Shown one piece after another: positions 16,813 through 27,700 of a stretch of DNA of 64,000 bases (positions within the stretch are counted from its first letter, which is position 1; the number at the start of each line of letters is the position of its first letter). The position numbers and the translations under genes are program-made. This stretch comes from a virus (lineage: Duplodnaviria > Caudoviricetes), in IMG/VR virus record IMGVR_UViG_2513237100_000001, positions 22,043-86,042 of that record. One strand, given 5' to 3'. The notes under the pieces are model-generated. The model saw only the letters and a program-made list of their open reading frames with translations. It made no database searches and was not told the DNA's origin.

Positions 16813-17069
16813 CAGACGCCCTTGGCGAGGCTGGCCGAGTTGGTGACGTCCCGCCACCGGGCGACAAGCCCCTTCAGCAGGGATGTGGCTGCGGCGACAC
16901 CGGCAACACCGGCGGCCTGCCACATGCCAATGTCGAACGGCTGGGTGAGAACGAGACCACCGACGAACGCCTGGAGGCCGGTGGAGACCACCCGCTCGGC
17001 CAGGTCGCGGGCGTAGGTCTTGGCTCCCTTGATGACGGTCTGCGTCTGGGGCAGCAGGGGGTCGGTCAT
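16812..17069 (-). CDS. holin (r1t-like)
   Basis: YARDLAERVVSTGLQAF...AATSLLKGL, directly after the endolysin. Confidence 0.8.
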   Translation of the reverse strand: MTDPLLPQTQTVIKGAKTYARDLAERVVSTGLQAFVGGLVLTQPFDIGMWQAAGVAGVAAATSLLKGLVARWRDVTNSASLAKGV

Positions 17070-17070
17070 G

Positions 17071-18039
17071 TCAGTGCTCCGTTTCCAGGCGTACGGTGAC
17101 GCCCTTGATGGCGGTCTCGATGCGGGTGATCAGGGCGTCCACGTCCACCGTGGCGTCGCGGGCGGCCAAGGCTTCGGCGAGGGTGCGGACCGTCGCGGTC
17201 ACCGCGGCGATCTCGGTCTGGGCCTGCCGGACCCGCACGTGAATGTCGCGGATGTACGAGTCGGGCGTCCAATGGGTGTTGCCCGGCGCGGCCGTCAACG
17301 GCGACTTGAGGATGCCGTCGGTGGTCCAGATCTTCTTGACGTCGTCGGCGGTCAGGGCCACAGCGACCTCCTTGGTGGGCGTAGTGGGCGTAGTGGGTGC
17401 GGGTGCGCCGCCGGGATTCCAGCTGGCGGGGTGCTTGAGCCGCTCGGCGACATCAGCCCGCAAGCCGGCCATGGCGAACCCGCGGGGGTCGATCTTGTCG
17501 CTCGACCACTCCAGGTGACCGATCACGGACTTCGCGGTCCAGCCGTGGGCCCGGCACAGGGCGGCCTGGACGCGGACGATCGCGTCGTACTGGGCGGCGG
17601 GCCAGGGGTCCTTGCCGTCACCGAGGTTCTCGCACTCCCACCCGTAGAACCGGGCGTTCCCGTCGACCCCGTTGCTGTTGCCCTTGGTGGGCGGCGTGGG
17701 TCGGGTGCTGTACGACTCGGCGATCACCTGGTCCAGGACCTTCGGGTCGCCGCCGCCGGCGTGGTTGGTTCGGCCCCAGCCGACGAGGTGCACCTGACCG
17801 TCCTTCGCGATCATGCCGTGGCACAGGGGGCCCGGTAGTCCGGAGTACCCGTCACGGACCATGGCGACGGTGGATGCGGTGCCCTTGGTGACGGTGTGGT
17901 GGACGATGCTGCCGTTCAGCGGGCCCCAAGCCCCGTGACCGGCCCGGTTGCGGGTGCGCCAGTTGCCGACCTCGACAACGGTCACGCCCTCGTCGAGCAG
18001 CGCCTTGAGGACCGCGGCGGCGGACAGTGGTGTGGCCAT
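17071..18039 (-). CDS. endolysin, N-acetylmuramoyl-L-alanine amidase
   Basis: SIVHHTV...PGPLCH...GRTNHAG...GNARFYGWECEN...VIGHLEW...KIDP. Confidence 0.9.
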   Translation of the reverse strand: MATPLSAAAVLKALLDEGVTVVEVGNWRTRNRAGHGAWGPLNGSIVHHTVTKGTASTVAMVRDGYSGLPGPLCHGMIAKDGQVHLVGWGRTNHAGGGDPKVLDQVIAESYSTRPTPPTKGNSNGVDGNARFYGWECENLGDGKDPWPAAQYDAIVRVQAALCRAHGWTAKSVIGHLEWSSDKIDPRGFAMAGLRADVAERLKHPASWNPGGAPAPTTPTTPTKEVAVALTADDVKKIWTTDGILKSPLTAAPGNTHWTPDSYIRDIHVRVRQAQTEIAAVTATVRTLAEALAARDATVDVDALITRIETAIKGVTVRLETEH

Positions 18040-18041
18040 GG

Positions 18042-18440
18042 TCAGCTTCCCTCCTTCGGGTTGGGCGTCACCCGCGGCACGTGGAGCTGGTCCCACGCCA
18101 CCTCGTCCGGGATGCCACTGGTGTCACCGCTGCCCTTGGGGCGCAGCGTGTGCTGGAACGCGGCGAACGCCCGCTTGTGACCGTTCGTCCAGTCCGGTCC
18201 GGGGCTCTGAGCGGTGCCCCAGTGCCCCTCCTGGAACAGGCGGTAGGCCATGGCCTGGACGATCGGGCTGTTGCGGCCGCCGTGGAAGAAGCTGGCGCCC
18301 GGGTAGGGCTCGTACAGGGAGTGGTCCGGGGCCGGCGGGGTTTCCGGTGTTGCGGGTGCCGATGGGGTTTCCCCGGTGTCGGGGGCGTTGTGCTTGGTCG
18401 GCGGGCCGTCGTCCGGGTCGGGTTTGGTGGTGCGGGTCAT
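18042..18440 (-). CDS. stand-alone peptidoglycan-binding-domain protein
   Basis: YEPYPGASFF...SPIVQAM...GPDW...FAAFQ...GIP...WDQLHVP. Confidence 0.7.
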   Translation of the reverse strand: MTRTTKPDPDDGPPTKHNAPDTGETPSAPATPETPPAPDHSLYEPYPGASFFHGGRNSPIVQAMAYRLFQEGHWGTAQSPGPDWTNGHKRAFAAFQHTLRPKGSGDTSGIPDEVAWDQLHVPRVTPNPKEGS

Positions 18441-19267
18441 CGGGTGCTCCAGGAGTCGATGCGGGGCTGTATGACGTCGATGTCGTCGCGGAGGGTCAGG
18501 TAGGTGCGGAGGGTGAGGCGGCCGTCGCCGTGGTCGCCCCAGGCGCTTCCCCAGGACTGGCGGAAGCGGAGGACGGTGTGGTCGGGGTCGAGGGTGCCGT
18601 CGACCAGGGCGACGTCCTCAAGGGCGGTCAGGCAGACTTCGTGGCCGCCCTCAAGGGGGCTGTCCGCCCAGGCGGGGTCGGCGTCCACGAAGCCGTGCTG
18701 GTCGGGGTCGGAGAACGCCGCGTGCCACGGAAGCCCCATGAGCGCGGGCCCGGTCTGGAGGAGGGTGCAGAGTTCCTCGGCGGTGGTGGCGTGCCCGTAC
18801 TGGTCGATCAGGCCGCGGTTCCGCATGGCCTTGGCGACGCCGAGACCGGACGAGCCGACGTCATGTGTGGGCCAGGCCAGTTCGGACCACCGGTCGCAGG
18901 AGGTGGCATCCGCGTACAGGCCGATAGCGAAGTGCTCGGCTGCGACCGCGTCCGTCAGGTTCAGGGATGCGGCGTGCGCCTGCTCGGGGCTGAGGATGAC
19001 CGACAGGAGTGCGGTGGCTGCGTTGCCGGTACAGGACGCCAGGGCGTCGACATCGTCGTCGAGCCCGTATGCCTGTGCTGTGCGAATGCCCTGGGCGAGG
19101 AGGTTCCTCTGGTCGAGGACGGGGATGCGGGGTTCCCACGCTGACACCCGGAGCGGTTGCCCGTCGTACGGGCGCCGGTAGGCAAGGCTCCGCGGGTCGA
19201 GGACCATGTGTCGGCCGAGACTGGGGTGGACCTCGTAGGTGTGGATCGTGAGATCGGTGGTGGGCAC
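18437..19267 (-). CDS. papain-like (C1) cysteine peptidase
   Basis: LDQ...SCTGNA (Cys), GGHEV (His), RQSWGSAWG. Confidence 0.75.
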   Translation of the reverse strand: MPTTDLTIHTYEVHPSLGRHMVLDPRSLAYRRPYDGQPLRVSAWEPRIPVLDQRNLLAQGIRTAQAYGLDDDVDALASCTGNAATALLSVILSPEQAHAASLNLTDAVAAEHFAIGLYADATSCDRWSELAWPTHDVGSSGLGVAKAMRNRGLIDQYGHATTAEELCTLLQTGPALMGLPWHAAFSDPDQHGFVDADPAWADSPLEGGHEVCLTALEDVALVDGTLDPDHTVLRFRQSWGSAWGDHGDGRLTLRTYLTLRDDIDVIQPRIDSWSTR

Positions 19268-19381
19268 TGCGCCCGTGCTCCTGCACTCCCCGCGCCCAGA
19301 GCAGATTGGTTGGCGTGCTGCACCGGCCGGGGCCGGGTGGCAGTCCCTCGGGGGTGGTGCCGGGCGGAGGGTCGCCCTATG

Positions 19382-19421
19382 GATCAGCGTACGGGTGTGC
19401 GACCCGGATGCTGCCCCTGGT
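19382..19421 (-). promoter_or_regulatory. ACCAGGGG-box promoter (lysis operon)
   Basis: ACCAGGGGCAGCA-N13-CCCGTACGCTGATC, same boxes and spacing as 41250-41289. Confidence 0.7.
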
Positions 19422-19423
19422 GG

Positions 19424-19921
19424 TTAGGGGGTTGGGGTCAGGCGGCGGATGGTGAGGAGGCAGTACTCCTGGTCCACGCGGACGGTCTCTCCTGCTGCGG
19501 GGGTGGTGCGGAATGCGGCGGCTTGGAGGACGACCATCGCGCGGTGTCCTGTCGGCCAGTCGGTGGGGACTTCCCAAGCGGTGTGTGTGGCTATTGGCAT
19601 GTGGTGGCGGGTGGGGTCGACGTTGTCAGCAGTCCAGGGCGCGATGCGTGTCCAGGGGCGTTGGGCTACTGGGACTGCGGGTTGCAGGTCGACGTCGTAG
19701 ACCCACAGGTGCCAGCCGACGCCAATGTTTTTGCCGGTGTCGTTGGTGACTTGCATACGTGCGGTGATGTCCAGGATGTCGCCGGGGTTGGCTGGTACGG
19801 GGGCCCGGAGGATGGTGCGCATGGTGGACGAGGTGGCCACGGTGAGGGCGGTGGTGGCGGGTTCGTCGGTTTGGACGATGCGTTCCGTGGCCAGGGGCCC
19901 GGACGTGGTGCTGATCATCAT
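19424..19921 (-). CDS. hypothetical (tail-associated) protein
   Basis: GAAAGG RBS, last gene of the tail operon. Confidence 0.6.
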   Translation of the reverse strand: MMISTTSGPLATERIVQTDEPATTALTVATSSTMRTILRAPVPANPGDILDITARMQVTNDTGKNIGVGWHLWVYDVDLQPAVPVAQRPWTRIAPWTADNVDPTRHHMPIATHTAWEVPTDWPTGHRAMVVLQAAAFRTTPAAGETVRVDQEYCLLTIRRLTPTP

Positions 19922-19940
19922 GCGCCTTTCGTGGGTGGGT

Positions 19941-21779
19941 TCATGCTTCGCGGTACCAGCCTTGGATGGTGATCCGGGCGTCCGCGACGAGGGCGGTGCC
20001 GTTGACGATTCCGTCGCGGTTGTTCGCGTTGTCGTTGGACATGGTGATTTGGTCGATGACCGCCCCGGTGCCTGTTTCGTAGGTGTAGGCGTGTCCGTTT
20101 GCTGCGAGCCCGAAGAGGTAGACGCCGCGCCCGTGGACGGGGAGGACTTGTCGGGTGCCTCGGTAGATGTTGCTGGGGGTGGTGATGGTGACGGTGGTGG
20201 TGCCGGATCCGGCAGCGCTGACGACGACATCGGCGCAGAAGTACACCATTTTGCCGAGTTTGTAGTACCAGCCGGTTCGGGTGCTGAAGGTGGCTGAGCC
20301 GCCACCGGCGACGACGGGGGTGTAGGTGGTGAAGGGGGTGGCGGACACGGTGAGGGTGCCGCCGATGGCGACACCGGTAGGCGTGATGGTGGTGGTTTGG
20401 TCGGCGGTGTTGTTACGGGCTCGCAAGCTGATCTGGCTGCCCGACATGCCGAGGATCGTTCCAGGTCCGAGGGACCCGTTGCCGCCAGGGGCGTTGGTGC
20501 CGTCAGAGCAGGAAAGTGTCAGGGATGACGTTCCGGCGGAGTCCTTGGCCACGTATCCGTAGGCTGCCGCCTGCCCGGAGGCACTGTTGTACGCGTTCGC
20601 ATTGGCGTTCAGTTCGAAGCTGCCGCCGCGCACGCCTGGCTGGCTGGACAGGAGGCGCAGTTCAGAGTTGATGAACTGCCCGTTTGGTCCGATTGATGCG
20701 ACGGACGGCGAGCAGAGAGAGGCGTAGGGGTACGCCGATGTGTCGTCGGTGACCTGCGCTGACAGTGAGCCGGGGCCTGTTTGCCCTGCTGCCCCGGAGT
20801 AGAGCTCGACGGCGGGAACGGTTGCGGTTGGGTCGGTCGGGTCGGTGGCTTGGGGGTTGAGAACGACTCGCTGTCCGGATGCTCCTGTTTGCACGATGCC
20901 GCCGGTGACAACGGCCCCGTTGACTGATCCGCCGGTGATGGTTTTCCCGGTGATGGCGTCGGCCTTGAGGGCGGTAGCGTCCACTGCCCCGGCGGCGATT
21001 TTCCCGACGGTGATGGCGTTCGCGGCGAGCTTGTCGGTGGTGACGGCGAGTGCGTCGAGTTTCGCGGTGGTGACGGCCCCGGCGGCGATCTTCGAAGCGT
21101 TCACGGCGAGCGCGTCAAGCTGGGCGGTCTGCACCGCACCAGCGATGATCTTCGGTGTGGTGACGGCGCCGTCCGTGATCTTCGTGGTTCCGATCGCCCC
21201 CGTTGCTACCTTCGCGGCGGTGACCGCGTTCTCGGCGAGCTTCACCGTGGTGACGATCCCGTCGAGGATGTCCGTAGCCACCACGGGTGTGGGCCCGAGC
21301 GGGCCAGTCTCGGTGGACGGCATGGACGGCGTCCCGGACGTGCTGCGGGCAACAAAACGTACGTACACGGGGGTGTCGGTCGGGATAACAACCGTGGCGC
21401 CCTGCGCCGTCTCAATGGTCGAGCACAGGGTCGTAGCGTCCGGGGTGAACCCGCTGCCGGCGGCGGCGTGGACTTCGGTACGCGACCAGTCCAGCGGAAG
21501 CACCTGATCGTCAGTGAACAGGCCGTCCCACGATGCGATGACGCCGCCTAGGACCGAGCCGATGACTGGCGCGGACGGAGTTGGCGGCGGGGGCCCGTTC
21601 ACGATGTTCACCGCGGTGGTGCCGTCGCCCTGCTGGCCCACGATGCCACGCAGTGAACCAGTGCCGTCACGAACCTCCAGGGCTGCATCATCCAGCGACG
21701 CGTACGACAGACGGGACGCGCGCTGGAGATCCTTCACCGCCTTCTCCAACTGGGCGAGCTTCGCACCGATGTCCGTCAC
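19941..21779 (-). CDS. tail fibre / receptor-binding protein
   Basis: AVTTAKL/AITVGKI decamer repeats, Gly/Thr-rich, TGWYYKLGKMVY C-terminal domain. Confidence 0.75.
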   Translation of the reverse strand: MTDIGAKLAQLEKAVKDLQRASRLSYASLDDAALEVRDGTGSLRGIVGQQGDGTTAVNIVNGPPPPTPSAPVIGSVLGGVIASWDGLFTDDQVLPLDWSRTEVHAAAGSGFTPDATTLCSTIETAQGATVVIPTDTPVYVRFVARSTSGTPSMPSTETGPLGPTPVVATDILDGIVTTVKLAENAVTAAKVATGAIGTTKITDGAVTTPKIIAGAVQTAQLDALAVNASKIAAGAVTTAKLDALAVTTDKLAANAITVGKIAAGAVDATALKADAITGKTITGGSVNGAVVTGGIVQTGASGQRVVLNPQATDPTDPTATVPAVELYSGAAGQTGPGSLSAQVTDDTSAYPYASLCSPSVASIGPNGQFINSELRLLSSQPGVRGGSFELNANANAYNSASGQAAAYGYVAKDSAGTSSLTLSCSDGTNAPGGNGSLGPGTILGMSGSQISLRARNNTADQTTTITPTGVAIGGTLTVSATPFTTYTPVVAGGGSATFSTRTGWYYKLGKMVYFCADVVVSAAGSGTTTVTITTPSNIYRGTRQVLPVHGRGVYLFGLAANGHAYTYETGTGAVIDQITMSNDNANNRDGIVNGTALVADARITIQGWYREA

Positions 21780-22876
21780 GACACACCTCCGTACTGGTAG
21801 GACGACGACGGGCGGAGACTGATTACGGCCTGCGGGCCTCCGGTCGCCTGCGGCTTGATGGTCCAGCCGATGACCCGGCACCACCCCGTGTACGACGTCC
21901 ACGCGTTATGGACCCGCGTGTACACGTCGTCGCCGACCTGCCACGCCCCGAACGGTGCCGCCGGGGTGTTCCGGATGGTGATCTCAGCGACCGTCCCAAG
22001 GGTTTGCCGCCACGCCCTCTCGGCGGCCGCCCGGATGGCGAGAATGTCAGTGCCGGTGATGTCGGGCAGGTCCAGGACGTGCTCCAGGCGGAGTCGGCCG
22101 TTGCGGATGGCGCTGATGCTGCGGCGCTTCGCGGACCCGTCACCGCCGCCATTCGCGATGACGACCTGGGCGTACTCGTCGGCGGCCAGCTCAGCTTCCG
22201 GGGGGTCGATGATGTTCTCCCCCGACGCGAACGACAGGTCAGTGCGGCGGGCCCCCAGGCGAGGCCACCCGAGACGGATGCGGCGCACCGGGGCTGTCAT
22301 CGCGGCGTTCCACGCGGTGGTACACGTGTAGTCGGGGGTGGCGTCCCCCGACACCAGGTCATCCACCACATCCCCAAGGACTGGGAACTCCCACCACAGG
22401 GACTTGTGCGGTTCGGCGATCGTGCCGACCGTCGACGTGGACGTCGTCGCGTCGACGACCACCCCGAGGTCCCCGTCCGCAACGGACTGGGCGTACGCCC
22501 AGATGTCGCGGATGACCTTGCACCGGTCGGTGTTGGTGTACGGGCCGCGGCCCCCGTAGTTCCCGTCCAGGTCGTGGCGCTTCTGGAGGTACGAGGACCA
22601 GCCGGCGGCCTCGATTGTGAAGGTGTTGTCCTGGGAGCGGGCATCCCACACCAGTCCGCCCCATCGCAGTTGGCCGGCGGACTCCACGTAGATGCAGGTG
22701 GTGCCCGGGTTGAGGAGCGTCGGGTTCTGCGCGAGCAGGCGCGGTTCCAGCTTCCCCGTCAGACTTCCTGGCCCGTTGAGTTCGTCGCCGTACTCCACCT
22801 CGGTGAGCGGCAGTGCCGTTGACAGCCACTCACCTGTCAGGGCGTGCTGGGTGAGGATCCGGTCCGGGCTGGTCAT
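21776..22876 (-). CDS. minor tail protein (baseplate hub / Gp37-like)
   Basis: ELNGPGSL...WGGLVW; position after Dit. Confidence 0.75.
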   Translation of the reverse strand: MTSPDRILTQHALTGEWLSTALPLTEVEYGDELNGPGSLTGKLEPRLLAQNPTLLNPGTTCIYVESAGQLRWGGLVWDARSQDNTFTIEAAGWSSYLQKRHDLDGNYGGRGPYTNTDRCKVIRDIWAYAQSVADGDLGVVVDATTSTSTVGTIAEPHKSLWWEFPVLGDVVDDLVSGDATPDYTCTTAWNAAMTAPVRRIRLGWPRLGARRTDLSFASGENIIDPPEAELAADEYAQVVIANGGGDGSAKRRSISAIRNGRLRLEHVLDLPDITGTDILAIRAAAERAWRQTLGTVAEITIRNTPAAPFGAWQVGDDVYTRVHNAWTSYTGWCRVIGWTIKPQATGGPQAVISLRPSSSYQYGGVS

Positions 22877-23811
22877 ATCGGCGTCTCCACGAACTGGACG
22901 TCGGCGACCAGTGTTGTTGCGGTGTCAACGGCGATCCCGCCCGCGTTCCCCGCCCGTCCAGCGCCCTGTGCCCGGAGGGTTTGGGTGGTGCCTGGGTAGA
23001 TGCTCGGCAGGGTTACGGTGTCGCCGGAGATGACGGAGACGCGGCGGGTGCCGGTGGAGCCGTCGTCATTCAGGGATACCGCCTCCGTGGTGAGGGAGAC
23101 CCCGAACGTGGCGCGGAAAGAGCCCACGATGCTTCCGGTGGTGTAGCGGATCTGCCCCACGTCGAACCGGAGTTTCACTTGGGTTGCCCATGTCGGGATG
23201 GGGACCTGCCATCCGGGGGCGCTGTTGAAGGAAGTGAAGACGCCGTTGGTGTTGCTGATGACGTTGCTGAGGGCGGTCGGGGACTGGGTGTAGATGTCGC
23301 GTACGGTGCGGGGGTTCGCGATCTGCCGAATGTCCTTGATCATGGCGTTGGTGATCGTGGACGTGGACGCGGGTATGTCGATGCGGGCCAGGGGGATGCC
23401 GGTCCGCCCGTCCGGGATGGTGGTGGCGGACGAGCTGACACCGGAGATGACCTGAAAGTAGTTGATCTTGTCTACTTCTGGGTTCAGGTTCCCCTCGTAC
23501 TGGGGGTCCTCGACACGCAGAATCAGCATGTCGGACCGTGCGGACCCGCCCGTCCCCGAGATGGGCACCGTCTCAGCCCCCTGATTGCGCACGGAATAGC
23601 TGCCCTGGAAGGCACTGACGCGACCGCGTACGATCCCGGACCCACTCCCCACCTGCACGCTGGTGCCCGGAGTGCTGAGCTGGGTGACCTTCAGATCGCC
23701 ACCCTGAGTAATGCCTTCTGCGCCACGGGCAAGGTCTTGGACCATGGCCCGGAACTGCTCGGCGGAGTGAGTGGCACCGTTCGTGAGGATCGGCACTTGG
23801 TACAGGGACAT
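22873..23811 (-). CDS. minor tail protein
   Basis: GDLKVTQ..PGTSVQV...RSDMLILRVEDP...IPLARIDIPA...IKDIR. Confidence 0.75.
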   Translation of the reverse strand: MSLYQVPILTNGATHSAEQFRAMVQDLARGAEGITQGGDLKVTQLSTPGTSVQVGSGSGIVRGRVSAFQGSYSVRNQGAETVPISGTGGSARSDMLILRVEDPQYEGNLNPEVDKINYFQVISGVSSSATTIPDGRTGIPLARIDIPASTSTITNAMIKDIRQIANPRTVRDIYTQSPTALSNVISNTNGVFTSFNSAPGWQVPIPTWATQVKLRFDVGQIRYTTGSIVGSFRATFGVSLTTEAVSLNDDGSTGTRRVSVISGDTVTLPSIYPGTTQTLRAQGAGRAGNAGGIAVDTATTLVADVQFVETPI

Positions 23812-23823
23812 GGTGTGCGCTCC

Positions 23824-24732
23824 TCAGAGGGCGGTGTAGGCGTCGCGCCAGGTCAGGCGCATGCGGGCGGTGTTGGTGGAGTCGAAGCCGGTCCACCGGA
23901 ACTCCGACTGGCCGGGCGGCAGGGAGAACAGGTCGATACGGGATGAGGGGGCCAGCAGGGTGGAGGCGTTACCGCCGTTCTCCCGGGTGACGGTGCGGCG
24001 ACCAGGCCGGGTGTCGATCTCCACCCACTGGCCGGCGGTCAGGTTGATGGTGGGCAGGTCGAGGCGGCGCCCGGACGTGGAGTGGATGACGGACACGTTG
24101 GCGACCGGGCCGGTGATCCGGATGATCGGCCACGCGTTTCCGGTCCCCTGGTTGCGCGCCCAGCCGGGCCGGTCCGCCGCTGTCGTTCCGGACTGCACGT
24201 AGATCGGGGCGACCACCGGCGCTTTGAACCCGCCGCCGGTCAGCCAGCCCAAGGGGATCTCGGTGGTGGTCTCCTCGTCGGCGTAGAACGTGGGGTCCGT
24301 CGCCACGAACTCAAGATCCAGTGGAACGTAACCGTGGATGACCTGCGCATACTCGGGATCCACCTTGCGGAGGCGCCCATCGAGACGTTTCACGGGTCGA
24401 CCGGGGCGCTTCAACCGCAGCGGCATCGTCTCCCCGCCAACCAGGCGCACCGCCGGATCGTCCGCCGCAGCCTGGAGGGCGGCAACAACATCGTGGGCGG
24501 CGGCCGGGTCTCCGGGGGTACGAACCGCGGCATCGAACTGGACCTGCCGGGACGCGTAGTAGTCGGGGCCGGCGAACGCCCCGTCCATGCTGGGCTGGTC
24601 GACGTCGTTGTCCCGGACCGGGGCCCGGCCGAGACCGGTCGTTTCGATGACCTGTACCAGGGTGCCAGCGCCCATGAGGACGCCCCCGAGTTCGTACTGC
24701 CAGTCCGTCAGCTCAAGCGGCGGCACGGGCAT
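23824..24732 (-). CDS. distal tail protein (Dit)
   Basis: Directly after the tape measure gene; LEFVATDPTFY, WPIIRITGP. Confidence 0.8.
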   Translation of the reverse strand: MPVPPLELTDWQYELGGVLMGAGTLVQVIETTGLGRAPVRDNDVDQPSMDGAFAGPDYYASRQVQFDAAVRTPGDPAAAHDVVAALQAAADDPAVRLVGGETMPLRLKRPGRPVKRLDGRLRKVDPEYAQVIHGYVPLDLEFVATDPTFYADEETTTEIPLGWLTGGGFKAPVVAPIYVQSGTTAADRPGWARNQGTGNAWPIIRITGPVANVSVIHSTSGRRLDLPTINLTAGQWVEIDTRPGRRTVTRENGGNASTLLAPSSRIDLFSLPPGQSEFRWTGFDSTNTARMRLTWRDAYTAL

Positions 24733-27700
24733 TCACCCCTCCCCTGCGTGCGCGGCGGACCGAACGCCCGACCTGGGCGCCGATGTCCGAGGCGGACGCC
24801 CCGGTGCGTACAGCGGTGACCGCGACGTGGGTGTCGCCGCCCTCGCGGACGATGACGACCGGGCGGGTCGCGGACATGTCGGTGAGGCCGATCCCGAACC
24901 GGCCGGCAACGTCCTTGAGGACGTTGGTGGCGGCGCGGCGCTTGCTCGCCCCGAGTGGGATGTACGCCTCCCCGCCGGTCTCCGGTTCGGCGAAGGTGAC
25001 GGCGCCGCCGCGGGTGGCGTAGATGCCTTCCCGGATTCCGCCGTTCGCGTAGCTGAGCCCCTTGTTCGCGCGGGCCAGGTCGGCGAGGAACTGGGTGGCC
25101 CGAGCCCCGAGACTGCTCTTGATCTGGGCGGTGGCCTTGTTGGCGATGGTGACGATGTCGTCCTCGCCGAGCCCGGTGGTGTCCGCGACCGCGTGCAGAC
25201 CCGTTTTGCTGGTCTTGACGGCGGCGATGATCGCGATGAGCTGCTCCAGCTCCTCCCCCGACAGGGTCTTGCCCGCGGTCTTCGCCGCAGTGTTCGCCGA
25301 CGCGGCCTTCGTTTTGTTGCCGGCGGCTTCCGCGGCGAGCTTCTGTGCGGCCTCGTCGCCTTGGCCTGCGAGCTGGGTGGCGAGGTCGCCGTAGCCCATG
25401 GACGCGAGCTTGGCGAGGTTCGCCTGGAAGGCGGTGGACGTCTTGTTGGAAGCGTTGAGCTGCTTGGTGTAGTCCGCCAGGGACGCCTTGGCCAACGGTC
25501 CGAGTTTCCGCAGGTTCGCGATGATGTCCTTGAACTGCTTGTTGCTGGCCTTCGCGAGGGCGGCGACCATTGCGGCGCCTTCTTCGCCGAGGTCGCGGAG
25601 CTGCTCGATGACATCGGACCCGCCGCGGGACGCGATCTTCGTCAGGTTCTTCTCGTACGAGGCGTTGGCGGACACCGCCGACTTGAGGGTCTTCTGCCAG
25701 TCGGCCAGGCTGAACTTCTTCTTGTACTGGGCTTCCGCCTTCCGGGCCGCGTCCGTGGCCGTGGCCAGGGTGCGGCGGGCCTTCGCGACCCGGTTCTCGG
25801 CGGCCACCATCTGCGCCCCGGTGTGCTTTCGGCGGCGCAGCGCGGCCAGGGCGGCCTCCGCCGACCGGAGGCCGTCGACGGCGTTCTTCCTCGCGCGGAT
25901 CTTCTTGTTGTACGTGTCCTTGTCGATCGGCTGGTGTGAGTCCGTGTACGCGGACTGGACGTACGACGTGTCGCGGCGCATGCCGGTCGGGGTGTAACTG
26001 AAACCGCCGGAGTCGAATGCGACGACCGCACCGTCGGCGTGCCATTGCACGCTCTTGGGGTCGCCTCCGAGCCGGCGGATGGTCTCCTCGGTGATGGCCC
26101 TGCTGCGCCCGCGCTTCGACGCGGCGAGGGGAATGTACGCTTCCCCACCGGTTTCCTCCTCGGCCCACACCCGCCACGCCCCGGCGGGGGCGATCTGCGC
26201 GGTGTGGTCCTCGCGGATGCCGCGGCGGTTGGTGCCGCCGTCGGCGTAGAAGTCAAGGACCGACCCGCGCGCCTGCGGGGCCTGGACCATGTCGGGGACG
26301 CCGTTGGCGTCCTTGTCGTAGCCGGTGCGCTTGTAGTTGACCAGGACGCTGACCGTTTTGCCGCGGATGTTGTTGATGGCGTTTTGGATGGTGGCGGCGT
26401 TGCGGGTGGCGTCGCCGGTGGGGACGGTGACGATGACCTTTTTGCCCTTGGTGTTTTTGATCTTGAAGCCGAGGAGTTCGAGGTGCTGCCGGGCCTCATC
26501 CGTGGGCGCCTTGATCGTGAGCGTTTTGCCCTTGGTGGCCTTGACCTTCTCCTGGATGGACTGGAGCTCCTGCTTGACCTTGCCGGTCGGGGCGCTCATG
26601 TGGAGTGTCCGGCCGTTGGTCTCCCCGAGCTTTTTGATCAGCTTGTCGAGCTCGTCACGGGCACCCTTCGTCGGGGCGGTGATCTTGTACTCGCGGGTGC
26701 CGGGAATCAGGTCGATCTTGTAGCCGAGGTCCTCAAGCTCCTTCTTCGCCTCCTCCCCCAGCGCCTCGACCTTGACCGTCTTCTTCTTCGGGAACCGCTC
26801 AAACTCCGCCTGCACACCCAGCAGCCCAGCCAGGGCCGTATCAACCCCCTCGGTTTGAAGAAGGATCGCCACCCGGCCCGGGATGAGGCCCATGGCGTCC
26901 GCGACACCAGCAGCCTGCTTCTCGGTCAGCCCGTACTGGTCCCGGAGATCAAGTACAGCGTCTCGACCCTTCTGCATCTCCTTCGTCGCCGCAGCGATCG
27001 ACTGCGGGACCGTCTTTCCCTGCGACCGGGCGAAGTCGTACGCGGCGACGGCCGCCGACGCGGAACTGTCCGCGATCGTGTCGAGGGTGCTGTAGAGCTG
27101 CTGCCCGTTCTTCGTTGTGGTGTCCAAGGCGCCGGTCGAGCTGACCAGCGCCTTCCCCCACCCGTCCGCCTTGTCGATCCCAGAAGCCATCGCATCGTTG
27201 GCGTTGGTGATCGCCTCATTCACTCGGGCCTGGGCGGCCTGGAGGGACACGGACCCGCCGGACAGAAGGTCCAGCGCGTCCCGGAGGGCACGGGTACGGG
27301 AGTCGGCGTCCGCCGTCTTGTCCGCGAGAGCACCCACCGCACTCTTCAACCGGTCATAGGCGGTAGCACTCCGACCCGTGATCGCATTGTCAAGATCCTT
27401 GGCGTTCTTGGCCGCAGCCTTCGCGTCCCCGGACATGCCACGGAGCGACTTGGCAGCGAGCCCGTACTCGACCGCCCGCTTCGCAGCCCCGTCGCCGCCC
27501 TTGTCGAGTTCCTTCTTCGCGAGGGAGTCCATCTCCGCCGCCAGGCCCTTGATGCTGCCACGCTGCCCCAGGTAGGCGTCGGTGACGTCCTGAAGGGTGT
27601 GCCCCTTCTTCTCCAGCACCTTCATCAGGCTGGTGTTGACGCCGATGCTCTTCGACTGGAGCTTCGTGTCTGCCAGGGTCTGGGCGGCCTGGGTGCGCAC

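Noticed and set aside
19941-21779. Diversity-generating retroelement or shufflon at the tail fibre
   Set aside because: No reverse transcriptase, TR/VR pair or alternative fibre ends seen.
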